From an uncultured Holophagae bacterium (GTDB taxonomy: Bacteria > Acidobacteriota > Thermoanaerobaculia > Thermoanaerobaculales > Sulfomarinibacteraceae): 64,000 nucleotides of DNA. The first letter of the stretch is position 1, and each line of letters begins with the position of its first letter. Below the pieces are notes generated by a model. It was given only the letters and a program-made list of their open reading frames with translations. It searched no databases and was not told the DNA's origin. Made by a program: the position numbers and the translations under genes. Where the stretch lies: positions 78,940-142,939 of the forward strand of contig CAWDGW010000012.1 of the NCBI GenBank assembly GCA_963801995.1. Direction: 5' to 3'. Positions 19,871-32,141 of this stretch are shown here, piece after piece.

Positions 19871-21244
19871 GTGATCACACCAAGAAGAGCCCTCGGGGTG
19901 CTCCTCGGGATTTGTGCGTGTGGGCCTCTCGTGGCTTTGGCTTCCGACGAAAACGTCCAGGTCGATGTGGCGATGCCGGGGTCACTCGAAGTCTCGGATG
20001 ACGGTTTTCCCCAGGAGCGATTTCAGATTCCCCCATCCGTGGCCGAAGCACTGACCACGACGGACGACGGACGGACAATCGCCTTCACCCGTTGGCCAGT
20101 GGCGCCCGGCCGCCGCCAGCCGATCACCGTAAAACGGCACAGGGTAGTCGATCCCAAGGCCAGCCTCCGCCTCGTGGACGCGAATGGCACGAGGCAACTG
20201 GCTCCGTCGGCGCGGATTCACTTTTGGGGAACTTCGGGGTTGGCCGGCGACAGGATCATGCTGTCGATCCACCCCATCGACGGTTCGCTGCACGGCTTCA
20301 CAGTGGTTGACGACGAGGTCTACGAGATCAGCAAATCCGGAATCCAATACCTCGTTCGTCCGGCTGCCGACCGCATCAGAGCAGAAGGTGGCGACCCCGA
20401 AGCCTGGTCCTGCAGCCTGGAAAACGGCGCACATGACGCTCCCCGCACGTTGCCCTCGGGGCCGGGCGGGGCGGCTGAGGGAAGCGGGGAATTCGTCCCC
20501 CGCTCGGCCACCATCGCCTTCGACACCGACACCGAACTGCTGCAGCTCAAGTTCAACAACAGCCAGGCGGCGGCCCTGGATTACATCGCTGACCTCGTGG
20601 CCGCGATGAACGTGATGTACGAGCATGACCTCGACGTCACGCTACTCCAGGGCGACACCATCATCCGAATGGGTTCGGATCCTTACGTTCAGAACAGCGG
20701 AGGGAATGCTTCCAGCTCCGAGCTCAACGAGTTCGGGTCTTACTGGAACTCCCACTACGACCACATCGACCGCGCCCTGGCGGCCATGCTGTCCGGAAAG
20801 CAGCCGGGCGACTACTCCGCATCCGGCATCGCCTGGGTCGGCGGGCTGTGCTCCCACAACTACGGCTACAGCTTCACCAAGGTCTTCAAGATCGACTATC
20901 TGGCAGGCGACGCATTCGTTGCCGGCCACGAGCTAGGTCATAACTTCGGCTCGCGCCATACCCACTGCTACACGCCGCCCATCGACCAGTGCTACGCCAA
21001 CGAGGGCGGCTGCTACTCGGGCCCGACGTCGTGCCCGGGCGGCCCAGGCACGGTCATGAGCTACTGCCACGTCGCCGGCTGCGGCTCCAACCGTATGGAG
21101 TTCCACAGCCGCGTGATCAGCAACATCATCAACAACCACGTCAACCCGGCCACTGGAATCTGCATCTTCAACGCGGTCGACCCGCTTTTCACGGACGGCT
21201 TCGAGTCCGGCGGCCTCGGTGCCTGGTCGACCGTCACCCCCTGA
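19871..21244 (+). CDS. secreted M12B/reprolysin-like zinc metallopeptidase
   Basis: signal peptide, HELGHNFGSRH, TVMSYCH Met-turn, C-terminal FTDGFESG tail. Confidence 0.9.
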   Translation: MITPRRALGVLLGICACGPLVALASDENVQVDVAMPGSLEVSDDGFPQERFQIPPSVAEALTTTDDGRTIAFTRWPVAPGRRQPITVKRHRVVDPKASLRLVDANGTRQLAPSARIHFWGTSGLAGDRIMLSIHPIDGSLHGFTVVDDEVYEISKSGIQYLVRPAADRIRAEGGDPEAWSCSLENGAHDAPRTLPSGPGGAAEGSGEFVPRSATIAFDTDTELLQLKFNNSQAAALDYIADLVAAMNVMYEHDLDVTLLQGDTIIRMGSDPYVQNSGGNASSSELNEFGSYWNSHYDHIDRALAAMLSGKQPGDYSASGIAWVGGLCSHNYGYSFTKVFKIDYLAGDAFVAGHELGHNFGSRHTHCYTPPIDQCYANEGGCYSGPTSCPGGPGTVMSYCHVAGCGSNRMEFHSRVISNIINNHVNPATGICIFNAVDPLFTDGFESGGLGAWSTVTP

Positions 21245-21280
21245 GAACAAACACGAAGTCCACGAGGAGTTCCACGGGAC

Positions 21281-23612
<2,332 letters not shown>

Positions 23613-23681
23613 GCAGAACGGCCCCAAAACCGCCCCGTTCCAGCCATAAAATGGCCATCCCCGCTTTGCTAAGGTGTTGCC

Positions 23682-26180
23682 GTGGGCAAGAAGGCGATCT
23701 CAGTGCTGGTCAAAATGCTGGTAGCAGCCGTGGCAGGCGTGGTCGCGGGCGCCCTCGGAGGCTGGACCGTCGCCCAGTTCCTGCACGTGCCCCAGGTGGA
23801 CCAGTTGGCATCATTCCGGCCCGCATCCACCACCGTCGTCTACGCAGCCGACGGCCAGCCCGTCGCCTCCTATGCCGTGGAACGGCGAGTCGAACTGGCC
23901 CCTGAACAAATCCCCGAAGACCTCAAACTGGCGATCGTCGCCATCGAGGACGCCGAGTTCTTCGAGCACGGCGGTGTGGATCCCAAGGCGATCGCCCGCG
24001 CCGCTTGGGTCACGGCCCGCAACCTGGTCAACCGCCGGGACCGACTGATCACCCAGGGCGGCTCCACTCTCACCCAGCAGCTGGCCCTCAACCTCTTCCT
24101 CCAGAGAGATCGCACCCTGCAGCGGAAGATCAAGGAAGCACTGCTCGCCATCGACATTGAAAAACGCTACAGCAAGGACCAGATCCTCACGCTCTACGCG
24201 AACCAGATCTTCCTTGGCCAGGGGGCGTACGGGGTAGAAGCGGCGGCTCGTCTGTACTTCGATCGGCCGGCGAGCGAACTCACCCTGGCCGAGGCGGCAC
24301 TACTGGCCGGCATGATCCCGAGCGCCAACAACCGCTACAACCCAATCAAACGACCGGAAGCCGCCACCCAACGGCGGAACAAAGTGTTGGACCGGATGCT
24401 CGAGCTCGGTTTCATCGACAGGGCACAACACGATGAAGCGGTGGCCGAGCCGCTGGGTGTGGGGCTCCACAGGGACCGCGTCTCGAGCGGTGAGTATTTC
24501 CACGAGATGGTCCGCCAGCAGGTGGAGGAACGCTACGGAACCGACGCGTTGTACACGGCCGGTCTCCAGGTTCACCTCACCATGGATCCCAAACTGCAGC
24601 TCATCGCCGAGCAGACCCTTCGCCGGGGTTTGGTCAACCTCGAGACCACCTACCTCGAGTACCGGAAACCGCCGAACGTCATCGCCGACGGCAGGGCAGA
24701 GTCCGCTGAGGACTACAACGACCCCTCGTGGAAACTGCTTGAACTGCGTCCGAATGCCATGGTCCGCGCTGTTGTGCTGGAGGTTTCCCGCAGCAACGCC
24801 GATCTCAGGATTGGAGATCGCTCGGCCCGGCTACCTCTGGCCGGAGCCAAATGGACCGGAACTCAATCGCTGGGCAGGATCCTCAAGACTGGCGACCTGG
24901 TTTTGGTGGGACTTCCAGGAGACCTGCCTGAAAATCTACCCGAAGACGAATCTGAATCCGGGCCGATCACGGTATCCCTGCTTCAGGAGCCCGAGATCGA
25001 GGGCGCCATGGTCGCGATGGACAACCGCACCGGAGCGATCCTGGCGTTGGTGGGTGGATTCGATTTCGCGCGTTCGGAGTTCAACCGCGCCGTCCAGTCC
25101 ACCCTCCAGTGCGGCTCTGCTATTAAACCCTTCGTCTACATGACAGCGTTTGAACAGGGTTACACCCCCGCTGACACCATCTTCGATGGTCCGATCCTCT
25201 TGCCCGACGCTGAAGGCGAACTCACGTACTGCCCGAGGAATTTCTACAGCCGCTACTACGGGATCACCACAATCCGGCGCGCACTGGAATTCAGCTACAA
25301 CGCCTCAGCGGTGAAGATGCAGCAGCTCGTTGGAGGTCCGGCGGTCGTCGACGTGGCGACTCGATTCGGTATCAGCACCCAGCTCCACCCCTACCCTTCG
25401 CTCGCCCTCGGCGCGGTCGAGGTGCGTTTGATCGACCTCGTCCGTGCCTATTCGGGCATCGCCAATCTGGGCGAAATCCCTGAACCCTACGCGATCTCGG
25501 AGATCTACGATCGAGACGGTCGCCTCGAGGAACGTTTCTTCCCCCGAACCCAGCGGGCAATCTCGGCACCGGTTGCCTACCTCATGCTCAACGTTCTCGA
25601 GGGCGTGGTGGACAGGGGGACCGGAATGTCCGCCCGGTATATCGACGCCAACCTTGGCGGCAAGACCGGCACCACCGACTGGTTCGCTGATGCGTGGTTC
25701 ATCGGGTTCACCCCGCGAATCACCGTCGGGGTCTGGGTCGGCCGCGACGTCAAGGCCCCGATCGGCAAGAAGATGACTGGCGCAAGAGCGGCCCAACCGA
25801 TCTGGAACAACTTCATCCAGGGTTACCTCGACACCCTCGACGAAGCGGCGCGGACCGAGGAGTTCGAGGTGCCGCCCGGGGTGGTTTTCACCCCGGTCGA
25901 CTACTACACCGGAGAGCGGGCCATTCCGCGATGCCCTTACCACGGCGAGGTCATCCTGGAGGCCTTTCTGGACGGCACCGAACCGGACTCGGTCGAGTGT
26001 GGCGAGGTTCCGGATGCCCTCCACGAGCTGCCGTGGCCGTTCCAGCTCTCCTTCTACACCCCCAGGCCGGGCGAGCCCATGCCAACCGTCGAGGCCATAG
26101 CGGTCGCCGACGAAAGACTCACCGAAGATGAGGACGACGAGGAGGGTGACGAGGAAAAGGGCGATGAGGACGCGGTGTAG
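23682..26180 (+). CDS. penicillin-binding protein 1A family
   Basis: EDAEFFEHGG, QGGSTLTQQL, SAIK, SYN, KTGT motifs. Confidence 0.95.
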   Translation: MGKKAISVLVKMLVAAVAGVVAGALGGWTVAQFLHVPQVDQLASFRPASTTVVYAADGQPVASYAVERRVELAPEQIPEDLKLAIVAIEDAEFFEHGGVDPKAIARAAWVTARNLVNRRDRLITQGGSTLTQQLALNLFLQRDRTLQRKIKEALLAIDIEKRYSKDQILTLYANQIFLGQGAYGVEAAARLYFDRPASELTLAEAALLAGMIPSANNRYNPIKRPEAATQRRNKVLDRMLELGFIDRAQHDEAVAEPLGVGLHRDRVSSGEYFHEMVRQQVEERYGTDALYTAGLQVHLTMDPKLQLIAEQTLRRGLVNLETTYLEYRKPPNVIADGRAESAEDYNDPSWKLLELRPNAMVRAVVLEVSRSNADLRIGDRSARLPLAGAKWTGTQSLGRILKTGDLVLVGLPGDLPENLPEDESESGPITVSLLQEPEIEGAMVAMDNRTGAILALVGGFDFARSEFNRAVQSTLQCGSAIKPFVYMTAFEQGYTPADTIFDGPILLPDAEGELTYCPRNFYSRYYGITTIRRALEFSYNASAVKMQQLVGGPAVVDVATRFGISTQLHPYPSLALGAVEVRLIDLVRAYSGIANLGEIPEPYAISEIYDRDGRLEERFFPRTQRAISAPVAYLMLNVLEGVVDRGTGMSARYIDANLGGKTGTTDWFADAWFIGFTPRITVGVWVGRDVKAPIGKKMTGARAAQPIWNNFIQGYLDTLDEAARTEEFEVPPGVVFTPVDYYTGERAIPRCPYHGEVILEAFLDGTEPDSVECGEVPDALHELPWPFQLSFYTPRPGEPMPTVEAIAVADERLTEDEDDEEGDEEKGDEDAV

Positions 26181-26279
26181 GGGAATTCGATCGAATTCGA
26201 AATTCGAAATTCGAAAACCATGCTAGATCGTTATAAGGTGATATGATGCCAGACGGCGTCCGCGCCGAGGGAGGCCCTC

Positions 26280-26768
26280 GTGGCTTTGAGGTGGAATCCA
26301 AACCGATTGTTGATCGCCGCGATTCTCGTGGCTGTGGGCTGCGGTGGGGCAGAGAACTCGCCAGATCCCGAGCCAGTGGAGATGGCGGTAACCTCGCACA
26401 GGAAAGCCGTGATCTCGTGGGAGAACGACTGGGATGCCGCGTTTTCAAGGGCTCGAAATCAGGGCAGGCCAGTTATGGCCAGCTTCTATGCCGACTGGTG
26501 TGTCTGGTGCAAGACCCTCGAGACGATCACCTACCGAGACCAAAAGGTGGCTGCGATGCTGGCCGAACGGGTGGTGCCTCTGAACATCGACATCGAAGGC
26601 GAGAGAAAGGACCTCGCCCGAAATCACCGAGTTGAAGCGCCACCGACGATCATCTTTTTTGACTCCGACGGCAGCGAACTGGGCAGGATCCCCGGCTACC
26701 TCCCACCGACTCAGTTCTTGACCGTGGTCGAACGAATTCTCGCCGGCGAACCTGTGACATTCAGTTGA
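26280..26768 (+). CDS. thioredoxin-family lipoprotein
   Basis: lipobox VAVGC, FYADWCVWC. Confidence 0.85.
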   Translation: MALRWNPNRLLIAAILVAVGCGGAENSPDPEPVEMAVTSHRKAVISWENDWDAAFSRARNQGRPVMASFYADWCVWCKTLETITYRDQKVAAMLAERVVPLNIDIEGERKDLARNHRVEAPPTIIFFDSDGSELGRIPGYLPPTQFLTVVERILAGEPVTFS

Positions 26769-26859
26769 TCCTGTCGGCAGCCGCAATCCGCGGGCAACCG
26801 CTCGTCTCATTCAAAAACAACCCCGTAAATTAGTTTCAAAAAAAATAGTATCCAAAAAA

Positions 26860-26944
26860 CTCAATACCCGCATGGCTGTTCTCACGCCACACTCGACCCG
26901 AGAATCGTGCATTTCACCGTGAGAACAGCCATGCGGGTATTGAG
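26860..26944. repeat. perfect 27-bp inverted repeat with CTCAATAC/GTATTGAG ends
   Basis: CTCAATACCCGCATGGCTGTTCTCACG ... CGTGAGAACAGCCATGCGGGTATTGAG. Confidence 0.9.
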
Positions 26945-26993
26945 AGATCACCTCCGCCTTGTCGACGAGCTGTACTCATGAAAGAATCCGACC

Positions 26994-28226
26994 ATGTCTC
27001 AAAGCTCGATCTCGTTGTTTCGCCGCATCGAACGGGCACTCGAGACAATAGCTCTCGGCTCGACCGCGCTGGACACGATCCAGCAATCCTCTCAGCTCCT
27101 CGCCGAAACCTTCTCCGATGACCTCGGCATCTGTGGCGGCCGAATCTACTCTCAGGACGACGGTTCCTACGAGCTCGTGTCCACCTTTGGCGAAGTCACC
27201 AAGACACCGGTAGGACTGCGAGTCTGGCGAACATATCCGCCTTTCGAGCAGCTGCTCGACACCGGGGCGGTGGTCATGAAGCGCACCGATCCAAGGCTCG
27301 ACCAGCGACTTGAGGCGGATCTCGGCACCCGTGACTGCTTCGCTGCCATCTCGGTGGCCGACGGACGTCACGTGCTCTCCTTCGACGTCGTGTCGGAAAA
27401 TGAGAACACGGACGAACTCATGGCCACCCTCTTCATCGTCCGCTTGGCCATCAACCAGAAACTGCGCGAGGCGCGAATGCACGCGATCATGGAGGACTCG
27501 CGACAAATCCAGAACTCCATCCTCCCTCGCCACCTCCCGAAACCGGGAGATTTCGAAATTGCCGCCAGGAACTCGGCCGCAGAGATTGTTGGCGGTGACT
27601 TTTACGACGTGATCACTTTTGACGACGAGATGTTCGCGGTTGTGGTGGCCGACGCAACTGGCCACGGCTTGCCTGCCGCGCTCCAGGTGCGCGACGTTTT
27701 CACCGGTCTCAGGATGGGGCTCTCCAGGGAATTCAAGCTCACTCGAACCCTCGAACGGCTGAATCGGATCATTCACCGCAGCCGCCTCGCCACCAAGTTC
27801 GTGTCCCTCTTCCTGGCTGAAATCCACCCCAACGGCACGGTTCTCTACTGCAATGCGGGCCATCCACCGCCCCTCCTGATCAACTCCGATAAGAGCACGC
27901 AGCGGCTTCGAAAAGGGGGACCGATCATCGGCCCGACTCCGAACGCGAAGTACGAAATCGGGGTCACGAACCTGAGACCCGGCGACGTCCTGGTGCTGTA
28001 TACCGACGGCATCACGGAAGCCACACCGCCGGAGTCGAGCGACGAATACGGTGAGGGCCGATTGATTCACGTGGCCCAGGCCGCATGCCACCTCGACCCG
28101 GTGGCGATCGTCGATCGAATTTTCACCGATGTCAACGACTTGAGCAGGACCTCCCCACCAGTGGATGATCAGACCGTGGTGGTGATCAAACGGCGTCCGA
28201 TCCAACTGGAGGAATCCCCGGCATGA
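26994..28226 (+). CDS. SpoIIE/RsbU-type PP2C phosphatase
   Basis: VGGDFYD, ADATGHG, NAGHPPP, YTDGITE, DDQT. Confidence 0.95.
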   Translation: MSQSSISLFRRIERALETIALGSTALDTIQQSSQLLAETFSDDLGICGGRIYSQDDGSYELVSTFGEVTKTPVGLRVWRTYPPFEQLLDTGAVVMKRTDPRLDQRLEADLGTRDCFAAISVADGRHVLSFDVVSENENTDELMATLFIVRLAINQKLREARMHAIMEDSRQIQNSILPRHLPKPGDFEIAARNSAAEIVGGDFYDVITFDDEMFAVVVADATGHGLPAALQVRDVFTGLRMGLSREFKLTRTLERLNRIIHRSRLATKFVSLFLAEIHPNGTVLYCNAGHPPPLLINSDKSTQRLRKGGPIIGPTPNAKYEIGVTNLRPGDVLVLYTDGITEATPPESSDEYGEGRLIHVAQAACHLDPVAIVDRIFTDVNDLSRTSPPVDDQTVVVIKRRPIQLEESPA

Positions 28227-28927
28227 GCGATTTCTTTGCCCCCTCGTTCTTCGAACTCGGCGACTTTGATCACGCGGAGATCTTCGACGATTCCACTCCA
28301 GTCTGGGGAGCCCTCGGAGAGACCCTCAAGCACTATCTCGGGGCTCGTGACCGGTGGGCGATCGACAGCGAGCTTCCCGACGGGGTTCACCTGCTTGGCG
28401 ACCGCATCGCCATCGGTGCCGGATGCAAGATCGAACCGGGTGCGGTCATCGTCGGCCCCGCCATTCTTGAACCGGGCGTCACGGTAAGGACCGGCGCCTA
28501 CATCAGAGAGTTTGTCATCCTCGGCGCAGGCAGCCTGGTGGGAGCCCACTCTGAGGTCAAGGGATCAATCTTGATGCCCGCCGCCAAGGCACCGCACCAG
28601 AACTACGTCGGCGACTCCATCCTTGGACGGGAGGTCAACCTCGGTGCCGGCACCATCCTGTCCAACGTCAAGAACGTGGGGCGTGAGGTGACCTTCCACC
28701 ACGACGGCGAGGTGATCCATACCGGTCTGCGGAAATTCGGCGCCATCCTCGGCGACAGATGCAAGACCGGCTGCAACACAGTGCTCAACCCAGGGGTACT
28801 GCTCGGTCCGGGAAGCGTCACCTACCCCAACGCCACCCTGCGCGGCGGATTCTATCCGGCCGGCACACTCGTCAAGGTCAGGCAGAACCAACAGATGATG
28901 GAATTGTCCCGGCTTCGACGAAGCTGA
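28223..28927 (+). CDS. left-handed beta-helix protein (GlmU/glucose-1-P thymidylyltransferase-like C-terminal domain)
   Basis: hexapeptide repeats, HQNYVGDSILG, NLGAGT, TGLRKFGAILGD. Confidence 0.85.
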   Translation: MSDFFAPSFFELGDFDHAEIFDDSTPVWGALGETLKHYLGARDRWAIDSELPDGVHLLGDRIAIGAGCKIEPGAVIVGPAILEPGVTVRTGAYIREFVILGAGSLVGAHSEVKGSILMPAAKAPHQNYVGDSILGREVNLGAGTILSNVKNVGREVTFHHDGEVIHTGLRKFGAILGDRCKTGCNTVLNPGVLLGPGSVTYPNATLRGGFYPAGTLVKVRQNQQMMELSRLRRS

Positions 28928-28937
28928 ACGCGCAGGT

Positions 28938-29136
28938 TCCGAATTCGAAATTCGAAATCGGACGTCGGGTGGGCGGGTTTCCACATTCCCCATTCCGCCC
29001 TCCACACCCTCCATACAAATCCCCTGCCCATCCTGGCGGTCGGTTTTGGGACCTGAAGCGTGAGACCTGAGGCCTGAAGCCAGATGCGAGGCGCCAGGCC
29101 ACCCGATTTTTGATTTTCGATTTTTGATTTTCGATT
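28938..29136. repeat. stacked heptamer/nonamer tandem repeats
   Basis: (AATTCGA)n, CACCCTCCA-type, (CCTGARG)n, (GATTTTY)4. Confidence 0.85.
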
Positions 29137-29145
29137 CCCAGTTCC

Positions 29146-29161
29146 TGGCACGGCAGTTGCA
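29146..29161 (+). promoter_or_regulatory. sigma-54 promoter
   Basis: TGGCACGGCAGTTGCA, perfect consensus 27 bp upstream of ATG 29189. Confidence 0.85.
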
Positions 29162-29188
29162 ATCCTGACGGGCGTGTGGAGGTGGACC

Positions 29189-31354
29189 ATGAAAACGTTC
29201 CTGACTGCGGCAATCCTGGTCGCGATGGTGGGGTCGGCAATGGCCTCGGAAGGGGACGATCCGACCTCTCTGAGCTACATTTCCTACCTCGAACGCTACG
29301 CTACGATCCAGCCGGCAACCCAGACTGATTCTGTGGAGGCCGTGATCAATATGCCGGTTGTTCCCGGAGACCGGATCGACACCGCCCGCGAAGCCCGCAT
29401 GGAATTAGTGCTGGCCGACGGCAACACCGTCTGGTTGGATGAGTACACCACGTTGAGCATCGATGCAGTGACGTTCAGCCGGGACAGCAGCGCCGACCGA
29501 ACGGTCCTCTACCTGGCCGAAGGCACCGTCGTGGTCGAGGTCAGCGAACACAGCCTCTCCCGCACACCGCTCAGGATCGACGGCAGGTCCGCCACGGTGT
29601 ACCTCAATGACACAGGTCTCTATCGGGTGCAGGCGCTGCCCTCGGGGGGTCTCCGAGTCGAGGTATGGGAGGGACTCGCCGAGGCTGCGACGACTTCCGG
29701 AGGGGTTTTGGTCCGCACCGATTCTGCCACCGAGCTCGACTCGGGAGAGATCACCGGATCGGAACTCATGATGACCTGGGACGACGCCTTTGCCCAATGG
29801 GTCGATCAACGTCGCCAGGTGATGGGTGGAGAGAGTGGTCAATACGTGGACGCACGCCACCAGCGGCAGGCGGCCCAGTTGGACAACTACGGATCGTGGG
29901 TCTACGTGACGGAGTACAACACATGGGCCTGGCAACCCTACGTGGATTCGAGCTGGCGCCCCTATACCGCGGGTCGATGGTATTGGACGCCAACCGGTTG
30001 GTCGTGGGTCTCCTATGAGCCCTGGGGCTGGCTGCCCTACCACTACGGCTCCTGGTACCTCTCGGCCGGCTTCGGTTGGGTTTGGGGCTGGGGCTCCCAC
30101 TGGGGCCCGGCGTGGGTCAACTGGTGCTGGTGGCCCGGCAACGTCGGGTGGTGCCCATCCGGATATTACTGGGGATGGTACTGGCCCCGTTACTGCCACT
30201 ACTACGGCTATCCCCGCTGGCCCTATTATCCAGGCGGACCGGGATATCCGGGTCATCCTGGAGGCGGAGGCGGACAAACGCCCCGGCGCGACGTCATCCC
30301 GAGGCCAGGGGCCGGAGGGGAAGGTGGCGGCGGTGCCAATCGGCGCGCATCGCTCAGCCGACCGCACGATGTGGACCTCGACCTCAAGGGACGAGTCCGT
30401 GTGGGCGACATGGACCGCAAGGCGTGGAATGTGGTCTCCGATCGCGACTTCGCGAGTCCCCACCTGTCACGCATGGTGCGATCGGGTGACGAGGCGCTGC
30501 GCGGTCGAAATGAAACCGGGGTGGTGATGTCAGGTCCGTTGACCACCGCGTCACCCTCGCGCCATCGGCCCTCTCAGGAGCTCGAACGGGTCTTCCGCGG
30601 AATCGAACAGACAACAAACCGGGATCTGACACCAATCATGGCTCGTGACGACAGCCTGCGAGGGGAAGATGCCCTCCGCCTGGTCAATCCCACAACCACC
30701 GCAGCCGTGAGTCGCCGGTCGGCAGCGCCTGCCACAACCGCGTCGACCCCTGGGAATCGCGAGACCGCGGGCACACAAACCGCCGAACCGTCCCTCACAA
30801 CCCGAGCGGGATCGCCCCTTCACGACGCGGCCGGTCGTACTTCGCCAAACTCGTACCGCTCGTACCAGGGCCGAGGCTCGGGGACCACCCAACCCCAGGG
30901 ATCCACCGGCCGCAACCCCTTCGTCCCCCGAACCAGACCCTCCACCCTGGTCACACCACCGGCCGGAGGACGGACGACAACCGGCTCGCGGGACATCCCG
31001 TCAAGGCAACCGGGAACCACCGGTCGGACGATTCAGCGAAGGTCCCCAACGACCCGGGGGACCCCCTCCACCGGCGGCCCAACCGGCAGCCCATCAACTC
31101 GACCGGTGATCGTTCCGAGAACCAATCCAACGGCGCCGAGAACCTCCACCGGATCGCGCAGCGCCCCCTCCCGCAATCCCACGGCGTCCTCCAAGCCCCG
31201 ATCCTCCGGTGGCAGGTCCTCGCCGAGTCGAGCGCCTTCCCAATCCAGCGGGAGCAGGTCCGGCTCTGGACGTTCGAGCGGAGGAGGGGCATCAGCGCCC
31301 CGGTCAGCCCCATCGGGTTCCAGACCGTCCAGCGGAGCCCGTCGCGGGGGTTAG
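29189..31354 (+). CDS. FecR/DUF6600-like secreted protein with low-complexity tail
   Basis: signal peptide, FecR-like region, WRPY..GRW..WGWLPYHYG.W repeats, Ser/Pro/Arg tail. Confidence 0.85.
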   Translation: MKTFLTAAILVAMVGSAMASEGDDPTSLSYISYLERYATIQPATQTDSVEAVINMPVVPGDRIDTAREARMELVLADGNTVWLDEYTTLSIDAVTFSRDSSADRTVLYLAEGTVVVEVSEHSLSRTPLRIDGRSATVYLNDTGLYRVQALPSGGLRVEVWEGLAEAATTSGGVLVRTDSATELDSGEITGSELMMTWDDAFAQWVDQRRQVMGGESGQYVDARHQRQAAQLDNYGSWVYVTEYNTWAWQPYVDSSWRPYTAGRWYWTPTGWSWVSYEPWGWLPYHYGSWYLSAGFGWVWGWGSHWGPAWVNWCWWPGNVGWCPSGYYWGWYWPRYCHYYGYPRWPYYPGGPGYPGHPGGGGGQTPRRDVIPRPGAGGEGGGGANRRASLSRPHDVDLDLKGRVRVGDMDRKAWNVVSDRDFASPHLSRMVRSGDEALRGRNETGVVMSGPLTTASPSRHRPSQELERVFRGIEQTTNRDLTPIMARDDSLRGEDALRLVNPTTTAAVSRRSAAPATTASTPGNRETAGTQTAEPSLTTRAGSPLHDAAGRTSPNSYRSYQGRGSGTTQPQGSTGRNPFVPRTRPSTLVTPPAGGRTTTGSRDIPSRQPGTTGRTIQRRSPTTRGTPSTGGPTGSPSTRPVIVPRTNPTAPRTSTGSRSAPSRNPTASSKPRSSGGRSSPSRAPSQSSGSRSGSGRSSGGGASAPRSAPSGSRPSSGARRGG

Positions 31355-31390
31355 AGATTCCAACACAGACAACACACGCACGTCTCCTCC

Positions 31391-31417
31391 GACCGCCTTC
31401 GGGCGGTCACCTTTTTT
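31391..31417 (+). terminator. intrinsic terminator
   Basis: GACCGCC-TTCG-GGCGGTC then a T-run. Confidence 0.8.
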
Positions 31418-31449
31418 CATACGATTAGAGGTGAGTCCATCGCTTGCGA

Positions 31450-31601
31450 TAGCTGCGCAATTCACTCCGCGGACTCCGTGAATTGCGTTGATTAGAAATC
31501 TGAAAAAACTCAATACTCGCGTCTCAGGTCTTGCGAGGCAATCGGATCGGAGGATCGAAGATGTCGCGAGCTCGTGTCATCTCGAGACGCGACGTATTGA
31601 G
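31450..31601. repeat. dispersed double-hairpin repeat, copy 2
   Basis: 42 bp identical to 17297-17338; CTCAATACTCGCGTCTCAG shared with 17357. Confidence 0.9.
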
Positions 31602-31721
31602 CTACTGGCACGACGATCTGACCCACGCCAAGCTGCGCCTTGCTTTCGAGGTTCGCTTCTGAGACGGGGGCGACTCTCTCTGCTCGATGGTTGCCGGGGC
31701 TATGAGAGGAGTTAGCAAGCC

Positions 31722-32141
31722 ATGGAGTTGACACCAGAAGTCGTGCAGCGCCTGGTGGCGGCTGCCGCCAAGGTCCGCGACCGAGCCCATGCCCCCTACT
31801 CGCGCTTCTGCGTCGGTGCTGCCTTGCTGCTCTCCAACAACGAGTTGATCACAGGCTGCAACGTGGAAAACGCCTCGTTCGGGCTCAGCGTCTGCGCTGA
31901 ACGCAACGCGGTGGCGGCCGGGGTGGCCGCCGGAACCACTTCCTTTCTGGCCTTGGCCGTGGTGACCGACACGTCCCCGCCGTCCAGCCCCTGCGGCGCT
32001 TGCCGCCAGGTCCTGGCCGAGTTCGGTGACTTTCCGGTCATTCTGGCGAACACAACCGGCGAACGCCGGATGACGAGCGTCGCCGAACTGCTGCCTCGGG
32101 CATTTTCGGGCACCGCCCTTCCAAACCGCGTTAAACGTTAG
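31722..32141 (+). CDS. cdd: cytidine deaminase
   Basis: APYSRF.VGAA, GCNVEN, CAER, PCGACRQ. Confidence 0.95.
   Translation: MELTPEVVQRLVAAAAKVRDRAHAPYSRFCVGAALLLSNNELITGCNVENASFGLSVCAERNAVAAGVAAGTTSFLALAVVTDTSPPSSPCGACRQVLAEFGDFPVILANTTGERRMTSVAELLPRAFSGTALPNRVKR

Noticed and set aside
26860-26944. Integron attC site
   Set aside because: Lacks RYYYAAC/GTTRRRY ends and extrahelical bases; no integrase or cassette array.
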